A stretch of 64,000 nt of DNA from the NCBI GenBank assembly GCA_041396885.1, contig JAWKXS010000006.1:60655-124654 (forward strand), written 5' to 3'. How positions within the stretch are numbered: position 1 is the stretch's first letter; every line of letters starts with the position of its first letter. The notes under the pieces were generated by a model. The model did not search any database. It worked only from the letters and a program-made list of their open reading frames with translations, and was not told the origin of the DNA. The stretch is from Blastomonas sp. Lineage in GTDB: Bacteria; Pseudomonadota; Alphaproteobacteria; Sphingomonadales; Sphingomonadaceae. This document shows, piece by piece, positions 44,333-52,713 of the stretch. The translations under genes and the position numbers were made by a program.

Positions 44333-45555
44333 GCATGTCAGTTGCCAATCCCGCGGAACTGGGGTTCAGCGCCGAACGCCTGTCGCGCATCGATGCGCAT
44401 CTCAAGGGCAAATATCTCGACACTGGCAGGTTCCCCCATGCCGCGCTGCTGATCGGGCGTGGCGAGGAAATCGCGCATCTCTCCGTCCAGGGCGAGGCTG
44501 CTCCCGGCACTCCCTTGCAGGAAGATGCCATTTTCCGCATCGCCAGCATGACCAAGCCGGTCACCTCCATCGCCATCATGCAGCTGGTCGAACAGGGGCT
44601 GATCGCGCTCAGCGATCCGGTCGCCCGCTATATTCCCGAATTTGCCGATCTCGGCGTGTTCGTATCGGGCGGCGGAAACCAGCCGTTCATGACCCGCTCC
44701 CCGGCCCGGCCCATGCAGGTGATCGACCTGCTGCGCCACACATCGGGCCTCACCTACAGCTTTCAGGAACGCTCGCCGGTCGATGCCGCCTATCGCAAGA
44801 CCGATCTTGAGCACTGGAACAATAATGACAATGGCGAATTCCTGGCCAAGCTCGCCTCCATTCCCCTCGAGTTCGATCCGGGGTCAAGCTGGAACTATTC
44901 GGTTTCCTGCGACGTTCTGGGCATCATCATTTCCCGGCTGTCGGGCCTGACGCTGGGCGATTATTTCCGGCAAAGGATCTTCGCCCCAATCGGCATGGAA
45001 GACACCTGCTTCCATGTCCCCGCCGACAAGGCTCACCGCCTGCCAATCGCCTATGCCTTTGACCCAAAGGATCGCAAGAAGCCGGTCGATGCAGCGGGCA
45101 GCGAGAGCCAATGGGCCAAGGGCTTCCGTTTTGAATCGGGCGGCGGCGGCCTCGCGTCGACGCTGAAGGACTATCACCTTTTCTGCCGCATGCTGCTCAA
45201 CCAGGGCAGTCTGGATGGCGAGCGGATCATCGCGCGCAAGACGCTGGACCTGATGACCGCGAACCACCTGCCGGGCGGAGGCGATCTGACCCGGCACAGC
45301 AAATCGCTGTTCAGCGAGGCGGAAAATGCCGGGGTCGGCTTTGGCCTCGGCTTTGCCACGACCATGCAGCCCGAACTGACCATGGTGCCCGGCTCATCGG
45401 GCGATATCTATTGGGGCGGCATGTATTCGACCGCCTTTTTCGTCGACCCGGTCGAGGAGATTATCATGGTCTTCATGACCCAGCTCATGCCCTCAAGCGC
45501 TTATCCCGTAAGGCGAGAGATCAGGACAATGCTCTACGCCGCCCTGGAAGATTGA
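44329..45555 (+). CDS. Serine hydrolase of the beta-lactamase/esterase family
   Basis: It has the SxxK motif in [12 protein letters not shown]. Its start overlaps the upstream stop as ATGA. Confidence 0.8.
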   Translation: MSMSVANPAELGFSAERLSRIDAHLKGKYLDTGRFPHAALLIGRGEEIAHLSVQGEAAPGTPLQEDAIFRIASMTKPVTSIAIMQLVEQGLIALSDPVARYIPEFADLGVFVSGGGNQPFMTRSPARPMQVIDLLRHTSGLTYSFQERSPVDAAYRKTDLEHWNNNDNGEFLAKLASIPLEFDPGSSWNYSVSCDVLGIIISRLSGLTLGDYFRQRIFAPIGMEDTCFHVPADKAHRLPIAYAFDPKDRKKPVDAAGSESQWAKGFRFESGGGGLASTLKDYHLFCRMLLNQGSLDGERIIARKTLDLMTANHLPGGGDLTRHSKSLFSEAENAGVGFGLGFATTMQPELTMVPGSSGDIYWGGMYSTAFFVDPVEEIIMVFMTQLMPSSAYPVRREIRTMLYAALED

Positions 45556-45568
45556 AAAGGACTATTTC

Positions 45569-47590
45569 ATGCAATCGGTCACCACCCAGATTCACGATGA
45601 TGTGCTCGTCATCCTTGTCAACAATCCCCCCGTCAACGCGCTCAGCTGGCACGTCCGCCAGGGCATCAAGGACGGGATCGATCAGGGCCTTGCCGATGAC
45701 AGCGTCAAGGCCATCGTGCTGCGCTGCGACGGCAGCACATTTCTGGCCGGTGCCGATATCACCGAATTCGGCAAGCCGCCCCAGGGTCCCGATTTCGGTT
45801 CGGTGCTCGGCAGCATGGAGGACGCCTCCAAGCCGATCATCGCCGCCATCCACGGCACGGCGCTCGGCGGCGGCCTCGAGACCGCGCTAGTCTGTCACTA
45901 CCGCATAGCGGTTCCGTCGGCAAAGCTGGGCGTGCCCGAGGTCAAGCTGGGCCTTCTCCCCGGTGCGGGCGGCACCCAGCGCCTGCCGCGCGTGGTCGGC
46001 ATCGAACAGGCGGCCATCATGTGCTCGCTGGGCGATCCGATTTCAGCATCGAAAGCTCTTGAGACCGGTCTTGTCGACAAGCTTGCCGGAGAAGACAGTC
46101 TCGCCGAGGATGCTGTCGCCTTTGCCCGGAAGATGATTGCCTCCGGACCGCGCCCGACGCGCGAACGCCCGGTGACGGGCAGCACCGCCATCATCGCCGA
46201 ACTTGAGGCGAAGAATGCCCGCAAATGGAAGGGCTTTGATGCGCCCTATGCCAATCTGCGCTGTGTCGCCGCTGCAGCCGAGAACCCGGACATTCGCGAC
46301 GGCCTGAAATTCGAGCGCGCCGAATTCGACAAGCTGATGGCGGGCAGCCAGTCGGCGGCCCAGCGCCATATGTTCTTTGCCGAACGCCAGGCGGCGAAGA
46401 TTGACGGCCTGCCCCGCGACATCGCGCTGCGCGATATCCGCAAGGTCGGCATGATCGGCGCGGGCACCATGGGCGGCGGCATTTCGATGAACTTCCTCAC
46501 TGCCGGGATCCCCGTGACCATCGTCGAGCAGCAGCAGGAAGCGCTGGATCGCGGCGTCGGCCTGATGCGCAAGAATTATGAAGCAAGCGCCGCCAAGGGC
46601 AGGTTCACAAGCGAACAGGTGGAAGGCGCAATGGGCCGCCTGACGCCGACGCTCAGCCTCGAAGACCTGGCCGATTGCGACCTCATCATCGAGGCTGTGT
46701 TCGAGAATATGGACGTCAAAAAAGAGGTGTTCGGCAAGCTCGACAAGATCGCCAAACCCGGCGCAATCCTGGCCAGCAACACCAGCTATCTGGACGTCAA
46801 CGAAATTGCCGCCGCGACCAGTCGTCCGCAAGACGTTCTGGGCATGCATTTCTTCTCGCCCGCCAATGTCATGAAATTGCTGGAGGTGGTTCGCGGCGAC
46901 AAAACCGCTGATGATGTGCTGGCAACCGTCATGAAGCTCAGCAAGAAGATCGGCAAGGTCGCGGTTGTCGCGGGCGTATGCCATGGCTTTATCGGCAATC
47001 GCATGCTTTCCCCGCGCCAGTTGCAGGCAACCGAATTGCTGTTCGAAGGGGCAACGCCCGAACAGGTCGACCGCGTGCATGTCGAATTCGGCATGCCGAT
47101 GGGACCGTTCCAGATGAGCGATCTCGCCGGTGTCGATATTGGCTGGCATCGCGATCCCACACGGATCGAAACCATCCGAGACGCGCTGGCCGCCGAAGGG
47201 CGCTGGGGACAGAAAACCCAGAAGGGTTTTTACGATTATGATGACAAGCGCCGGCCCTCGCCCAGCCCGCGTGTCGCCGAGATCATCGCCGAGTTCCGCA
47301 CGAAGAAAGGCGTCACCAGCCGCGAGATCAGCGATCAGGAAATCGTCGAACGCACGCTTTATCCCATGGTCAATGAAGGCGCGCTTATTCTCGAGGAAGG
47401 CAAGGCCCAGCGTGCCAGCGACATCGATGTGGTGTGGATCTATGGCTATGGCTGGCCGGTCTATCGCGGCGGCCCGATGTTCTGGGCGGGGCTGGAGGGT
47501 CTCGACAAGATCGTTACCGCGCTCGACAAGCACGGCTTCACGGTGTCACAGCTGCTGCGCGACAAGGCCGCCAAGGGCGAAACCTTCTGA
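45569..47590 (+). CDS. Bifunctional enoyl-CoA hydratase / 3-hydroxyacyl-CoA dehydrogenase, FadB/FadJ-like
   Basis: The N-terminal half is crotonase-like and the C-terminal half has a Rossmann motif ([12 protein letters not shown]). Confidence 0.85.
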   Translation: MQSVTTQIHDDVLVILVNNPPVNALSWHVRQGIKDGIDQGLADDSVKAIVLRCDGSTFLAGADITEFGKPPQGPDFGSVLGSMEDASKPIIAAIHGTALGGGLETALVCHYRIAVPSAKLGVPEVKLGLLPGAGGTQRLPRVVGIEQAAIMCSLGDPISASKALETGLVDKLAGEDSLAEDAVAFARKMIASGPRPTRERPVTGSTAIIAELEAKNARKWKGFDAPYANLRCVAAAAENPDIRDGLKFERAEFDKLMAGSQSAAQRHMFFAERQAAKIDGLPRDIALRDIRKVGMIGAGTMGGGISMNFLTAGIPVTIVEQQQEALDRGVGLMRKNYEASAAKGRFTSEQVEGAMGRLTPTLSLEDLADCDLIIEAVFENMDVKKEVFGKLDKIAKPGAILASNTSYLDVNEIAAATSRPQDVLGMHFFSPANVMKLLEVVRGDKTADDVLATVMKLSKKIGKVAVVAGVCHGFIGNRMLSPRQLQATELLFEGATPEQVDRVHVEFGMPMGPFQMSDLAGVDIGWHRDPTRIETIRDALAAEGRWGQKTQKGFYDYDDKRRPSPSPRVAEIIAEFRTKKGVTSREISDQEIVERTLYPMVNEGALILEEGKAQRASDIDVVWIYGYGWPVYRGGPMFWAGLEGLDKIVTALDKHGFTVSQLLRDKAAKGETF

Positions 47591-47608
47591 CATTGCGAAC
47601 AATAAAGC

Positions 47609-47648
47609 AAAGGCCCGGCTGGATCCCTCCCGCCGGGCCTTTTCTTTG
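47609..47648. terminator. Bidirectional Rho-independent terminator between convergent genes
   Basis: AAAGGCCCGGC-12 nt-GCCGGGCCTTT forms an 11-bp stem. TTTTCTTTG follows on the plus strand and a T-rich run follows on the minus strand. Confidence 0.7.
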
Positions 47649-47669
47649 CAGAACGCGCCTGATTGGCGA

Positions 47670-48647
47670 TCAGCCGGGCACGCTATCCTGCAGATGTTCA
47701 CGCACGAAATCGACGCTGTCCTGCCCTTTCGCATCGAGGCGCGCGCTGCCCAGCCGGGCTGCCCAGAAGCTCTCGGATCCGAATGCAAGCTGCCCCTGTT
47801 TCAGGCGGCGCGTGACAAGCTGAAGATCATATTCCTCGGTCACGCCAATCGCGCCATGCACCGCATGAGCAATCGCCGCGACCATATGCGACGCCTCCGA
47901 AACACGGCATTTCGCCATCGCCACCCTGAGCGGCGAGAACAAATCGCCCGACATGCCGATCCGCGCCGCGACATGCGCCGAGGCGGTCTGCTCCGCCATG
48001 ACGGCCAGCTGATGCTGGATTGCTTGAAACCGTCCCAGCGGCCTGCCAAATTGCTGGCGTTCGCCGACATAGCTCACCGACATGTCAAGCAGCCGCGTCA
48101 TCATTCCTGCCATCTGTGCTGCCGTAAGTGCAGCTGCACAGACCAGCAGGTCAGCCGATCCGCCATCCACGGACGTAATCGTCTTGCCAGCCGAACGCAT
48201 CTGTCCGCCGCCCGCACCAAACACATCGGCACCGCTGTCATCAATCTCGACAAGCGCCAGCTTGCCGTCGTCCTCGACAAGGGCATGGGTTGCCTGTTTG
48301 ATGAAAGGCACGACAGGCGATTGCGGAGCCAGCACGATAACCGCGCCATCCGGAATGTCCGCTCCTCCCCGTAACAGCAGCGCCCGGGCAACCATGGTTT
48401 CGGCAAAGGGGCCGGGCAAGACATGCTCGCCAGCCGCAGTGACCAGCGGAAATACTTCCGACAGGGAAAGACCTGCACCACCCTCTTCCTCGGCGACCAG
48501 CGCGTCGAGAAATCCGGATGCCTCGATATCCGCCCATAATGGCGCAGGCCCTTCGCTCCGTTCCGCCAGCCGGATGGCTTCGGGGGTGACGATATCGGCC
48601 AGCAAGCGCCGAAACGGCTCGACCAGAAGTTCGTGTATGTCGTTCAT
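47670..48647 (-). CDS. Acyl-CoA dehydrogenase family protein, short beta-type subunit
   Basis: 325 aa. The C-terminal ACAD helices are kept (ERQQFGRPLGRFQAIQHQLA) but the middle domain is reduced. The ATG at 48647 overlaps the upstream stop as ATGA. Confidence 0.75.
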   Translation of the reverse strand: MNDIHELLVEPFRRLLADIVTPEAIRLAERSEGPAPLWADIEASGFLDALVAEEEGGAGLSLSEVFPLVTAAGEHVLPGPFAETMVARALLLRGGADIPDGAVIVLAPQSPVVPFIKQATHALVEDDGKLALVEIDDSGADVFGAGGGQMRSAGKTITSVDGGSADLLVCAAALTAAQMAGMMTRLLDMSVSYVGERQQFGRPLGRFQAIQHQLAVMAEQTASAHVAARIGMSGDLFSPLRVAMAKCRVSEASHMVAAIAHAVHGAIGVTEEYDLQLVTRRLKQGQLAFGSESFWAARLGSARLDAKGQDSVDFVREHLQDSVPG

Positions 48648-49798
48648 CGCAGTCCCAGCCCCCGCGCTATCATGCCGCGCAGAATTTCCCGCGTTCCACC
48701 CCGCAATGAAAAGACATGATTGAGCTGCAGCAGAAAGGCGAGCGTCTTCATCATCTCGGCATCGGGCACAAGATCGGGCCGGGCGGCAATGGCGTCGGCC
48801 AGTTCGGCGGGAATGGCCTGCTCGAATTCGGTTCCGAGGTCTTTCACCACTGCGGCTTCGACCAGCGGCGACTGCCCCTCGACAAGCAGCGCGGTAATCG
48901 AGAGCGACATTGCGCGCAGCGGTGCCAGCCGGGCGGTCAGCTTGCCAAGCCTGATCCGGTCCTGCTCCGGCGCATTGCTGCCCAGCAGGGCGGCCCATTG
49001 ATCGAGCAGCACCATGCTCGAATAGATGCGTTCGGGTCCGCTGCGTTCAAAGGCCAGTTCAGCATTGACCTGGGCCCAGCCATTGCCTTCCTCGCCGACC
49101 AGCGCATCATCGGGCAGCAGCACATCCTCGAAATGGACCTCGCTGAAATCGCTGTCGCCGGTGCCGATCGTAATCGGCCGGATGGTGATCCCCGGCAGAG
49201 ACAGGTCGATGATGAATTGCGAAAGGCCTTTTTGCCGGTCGTCGGGCGAACCGGAAGTTCGCACCAGCGCAATCATGAAATGCGATTTGTGCGCATAGGT
49301 GGTCCAGATTTTCGAACCGTTGAGCAACCAGCCATTGCCTTGCCGAACCGCGCGGGTCCGCACGCTGGCGAGATCGGACCCTGCATTAGGTTCGCTCATG
49401 CCAATACAGAAAAAAATTTCGCTTCGGCATATTCTGGGAAGGAAATATTGCCGCTGCTCCTCCGTCCCGAAGCGTAGCAGCAGGGGCGCGCTTTGCCGGT
49501 CGCCGATCCAGTGAGCCGCAATGGGCGCACCCGCCGCCAGCAATTCCTCCACCAGCACGAACCGCGAAAAGGCGTCCTTGCCGCCGCCGCCATAGCGTTC
49601 CGGCATGGTCAGCCCCATCCAGCCCTGTTTGGCCAGGGCCTGGCTGAAACCGGTATCAAAGCCGCTCCATGTCCGGGCACGCTCATTGGCAGGCATGCCC
49701 GACAGTTTTTCGGCCAGAAATGCTTTGACCGGCGCGCGCAGCGCCTCGGCCTCTGGCGGGATGGACGCCGGACGAAATGCATCGAGAAGAACTGTCAT
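48644..49798 (-). CDS. Acyl-CoA dehydrogenase, alpha-type subunit
   Basis: 384 aa with CIGMSEPNAGSDLAS and WLLNGSKIWTT. Confidence 0.85.
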   Translation of the reverse strand: MTVLLDAFRPASIPPEAEALRAPVKAFLAEKLSGMPANERARTWSGFDTGFSQALAKQGWMGLTMPERYGGGGKDAFSRFVLVEELLAAGAPIAAHWIGDRQSAPLLLRFGTEEQRQYFLPRICRSEIFFCIGMSEPNAGSDLASVRTRAVRQGNGWLLNGSKIWTTYAHKSHFMIALVRTSGSPDDRQKGLSQFIIDLSLPGITIRPITIGTGDSDFSEVHFEDVLLPDDALVGEEGNGWAQVNAELAFERSGPERIYSSMVLLDQWAALLGSNAPEQDRIRLGKLTARLAPLRAMSLSITALLVEGQSPLVEAAVVKDLGTEFEQAIPAELADAIAARPDLVPDAEMMKTLAFLLQLNHVFSLRGGTREILRGMIARGLGLR

Positions 49799-49869
49799 CT
49801 GTTTATCCGATTAGGCAATCAAGGCTGGGCTATTCTCAAGCGGCTTAAACCGATTCATGCAAGCCCCTG

Positions 49870-50043
49870 TCACCTGGGTGCCATGCGGAGTGCTCCGTCA
49901 AGGCGGATCGTTTCCCCGTTAAGCACCGGATTCTCGATGATCTGTGTTGCCGTCAGAACATATCCAAAAACGCCCGTTACAGCGAACGGCGCCCGTACTG
50001 GCGATGCATATTGCACCAGCCACCCCTTCTCCCAGGTCACAAG
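49870..50043 (-). pseudogene. C-terminal remnant of an HSD10-type 3-hydroxyacyl-CoA dehydrogenase (SDR)
   Basis: My own translation ends ...[24 protein letters not shown]. This matches the characteristic C-terminus [22 protein letters not shown]. A TAA lies 57 codons upstream and there is no start or N-terminal part. Confidence 0.5.
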
Positions 50044-50092
50044 TTAAGGAGTTTTTCTGTTCGCAAGATTTGCCAGTCCGGCTTCAGGTCCC

Positions 50093-50126
50093 GGCATTGA
50101 GGCTGAGGGAGGTCAGCCTCAATGCC
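50093..50126. repeat. Perfect 14-bp stem hairpin downstream of the TonB receptor gene
   Basis: The sequence is GGCATTGAGGCTGA-gggagg-TCAGCCTCAATGCC. There is no U-tract. Confidence 0.5.
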
Positions 50127-50168
50127 AAGCTCGTCCGTTCACAGCACGATCCGGCCGGAAACTCGGCC

Positions 50169-52697
50169 CTAGAATTTGGCTGTGACGCTTACACCATAGG
50201 TCCGGGGCTCATTGCGCGATCCGGAAATATATCCGACTGGCGCGACAAGCAGATTGTTCACGAAAGTGCGGTCATTCGTAAGATTTCGACCGAAGATCGC
50301 AACCTCATAGGCATCATCGTTGAAGCTGAGCGATGCCCGCGCTCCGATCAGGTCCTGAGCCTTGCGCGTTGTCGCCGCAATGATTGCCGCATTCTGGGTG
50401 TTGACCGCGCCGGCTGTTGCCGTCGAACCGGCGGGAACGGTCGCAGCATTTTGCGGGAAGTTATAGGAGTTGGTCGGGCTGGCCGCAAAGTGGCTGTAAT
50501 CGGCATGCAGTTTCAGGCGTGCCCCGCCAAAATCATGGTCGAAGTCCAGAGCCGCGCCCCATTGCCACGGCGTCACTGAATCAAAGCGCTCAAAAGAGCG
50601 GTCGCCGGTCAAGTCGGCATATCGAATATATTTGGGCGATACATGCGACAGAAATCCGCTGAAGCGCAAACCGTCGGTAACCGCCAGCACTGCCTCGCTC
50701 TCAAATCCTCTGAAGCGTGCCTTGCCGGCATTGCCCAATACGGTGGCGGTTGCACCGGTACCGTTGGGATTGGCGATCAGGGTTGATCGCTGGATGTTGT
50801 TCACATCAGTCTGGTAGACGGAGAGGTTGAACCGCAGCCGCCGGTCAAAAAACTCGCCCTTGAAACCGGCCTCGTATGAATAGGCGATTTCCGGCTGGAA
50901 TGGGATGACGAAAGCCGCGGTCGGCGCGCGCAACTGCTGGCCTCCGGACCGGAATCCCTTGGCGGTCTTGATATAAAGCAGCGTGTCGAAGGTGGGCTTG
51001 AATTCAAACCCTGCCGTGTAGGACCAGCCCGAGAAACTGTCCCGCCGTCTGACGGCACAAGGCGGCTCGCGCAGCATTTGCGCGCCGACAATTGCTGGCA
51101 CGGTGAGCAGCGAACAGGTTGTCAGTCCGGTATTGCGATTGAAATTGTTGTTGAAGCTGGTGATACCCTTGTCATCCACAGAATAGCGCAATCCGCCTGT
51201 GAAGGAGAACCGGTCATCGAAATGCCAGGTTCCCTGCGCATAAGCGCCGATGCTGTCATTGTCGATTTCGCCATAGGTCTGGGCTGTATTCGGATTGAGC
51301 AGCGGAGCGACGATTGAAATCGACTGATCAAAACCCGTTTCGTGAAAGGCGAAAAAGCCTGCCGCGAAATCAAGCGCATTGTCGAATGCTTCCCCGGTAA
51401 CCTGAAATTCTCCGGAATATTGCTCGACGCTTTGCTGGCTCTCGGTGAAGTGAATCTGCTGGGGGCTGCCGTCAAGATCGACACCGGCATAGGCATCGAT
51501 CTTGCGATAGCCGGTAATCAGCTGCATCTGACCGAAGCTGGTGTCGAGAATTCCGGTAAAACCATATGTCTGGGTCTTGGCAAAGCTGTAGGGGACTTCG
51601 TTGGTCGAGGTGATCCCGGGATTTGCAGCCAGATTGGCAATGACCGGAATGAGCAGCCCCAGGCCGATGCCGATATCCTGTCCGGCATTTGCCGGTGAGT
51701 TGGGCACCGGCCCGCCATTTGCAAAACCCGTATGAATGGCAGCGGTCCCGGCGAGGGTGTAAGTAGAATTCGATGCCGTAAAGGGTGTGGTTGCGAGCAG
51801 TATTTCACGCGAAGGGCCCGCCTCGTCCATGCGGAAATACTCGCCCGAAAACCGCAATGTCAGGTTGTCGGTCGGCATGATGTCCAGCTTTGCGCGACCG
51901 GTCCAGCGGTCCTTGTCATCAAATTTCAGCCCGTTCGGAGAACCGGCAAACGGGGTCTTCGCGACTACCGGAATATTGGCGGGAAGGACGCTGACCGCAC
52001 CGGCCGGAACGACATTCCTCGTATATCCGTCGCGACTGACACGCTGTCCTGCCAGGCGCAGCGCAACCTTTCCGGGTACAATCGGCAGATTGACCACACC
52101 GGTTGCCTGAAACTCGTTGAAACGGCCATAGGTCAAGGAAACCCTGCCGGAGAAATCATCCATGTCGGGGTTGTTCGAATTTATGAGCATCGCCCCGCCG
52201 GTCGTATTGCGACCGAACAGCGTGCCCTGCGGCCCTTTGAGGACCTGAACGGACTGGATATCAAGAAAATCGCCGTTGAGGCCATAGGACCGCGCCCAAT
52301 ATACGCCATCGACATAGGTGCCGACCGACGGATCAAGCGTGATGATCGTGTCCGTCTGCACCTGACCGCGCAAGGAAATCGTCATGGCGGCAGGCGTATT
52401 CTGGCCGGTCCGGATAAGCAGACCCGGCGTAAAATTGGCAATATCCTGCACGCGCTGAACACTGCGGTCGGTCAGGTCGTTTTCGGAAAGCGCAGTAATC
52501 GCGACCGGCACGTCCTGAAGGTTCTCGCTCACCTTCCGTGCCTGGACTATGATCACATCCAGCCCGGCATCGTCGGCCTCCTCTTCCGTACTGGCCTGCG
52601 CCATTGCAGGTGCAGAAAGTGCGAGCCCGATGGCCAGAGCCGAGCTTGATATAAGCATGCGGACATTGCGGTAGCGATGGTCTTGAGTGTTGGTCAT
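50169..52697 (-). CDS. TonB-dependent outer-membrane receptor
   Basis: It has a signal peptide, a plug domain (IIVQARK...DVPVAITAL) and a terminal aromatic residue (...VSVTAKF). Confidence 0.9.
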   Translation of the reverse strand: MTNTQDHRYRNVRMLISSSALAIGLALSAPAMAQASTEEEADDAGLDVIIVQARKVSENLQDVPVAITALSENDLTDRSVQRVQDIANFTPGLLIRTGQNTPAAMTISLRGQVQTDTIITLDPSVGTYVDGVYWARSYGLNGDFLDIQSVQVLKGPQGTLFGRNTTGGAMLINSNNPDMDDFSGRVSLTYGRFNEFQATGVVNLPIVPGKVALRLAGQRVSRDGYTRNVVPAGAVSVLPANIPVVAKTPFAGSPNGLKFDDKDRWTGRAKLDIMPTDNLTLRFSGEYFRMDEAGPSREILLATTPFTASNSTYTLAGTAAIHTGFANGGPVPNSPANAGQDIGIGLGLLIPVIANLAANPGITSTNEVPYSFAKTQTYGFTGILDTSFGQMQLITGYRKIDAYAGVDLDGSPQQIHFTESQQSVEQYSGEFQVTGEAFDNALDFAAGFFAFHETGFDQSISIVAPLLNPNTAQTYGEIDNDSIGAYAQGTWHFDDRFSFTGGLRYSVDDKGITSFNNNFNRNTGLTTCSLLTVPAIVGAQMLREPPCAVRRRDSFSGWSYTAGFEFKPTFDTLLYIKTAKGFRSGGQQLRAPTAAFVIPFQPEIAYSYEAGFKGEFFDRRLRFNLSVYQTDVNNIQRSTLIANPNGTGATATVLGNAGKARFRGFESEAVLAVTDGLRFSGFLSHVSPKYIRYADLTGDRSFERFDSVTPWQWGAALDFDHDFGGARLKLHADYSHFAASPTNSYNFPQNAATVPAGSTATAGAVNTQNAAIIAATTRKAQDLIGARASLSFNDDAYEVAIFGRNLTNDRTFVNNLLVAPVGYISGSRNEPRTYGVSVTAKF

Positions 52698-52713
52698 GAT
52701 TTCCCCCTGTCTA

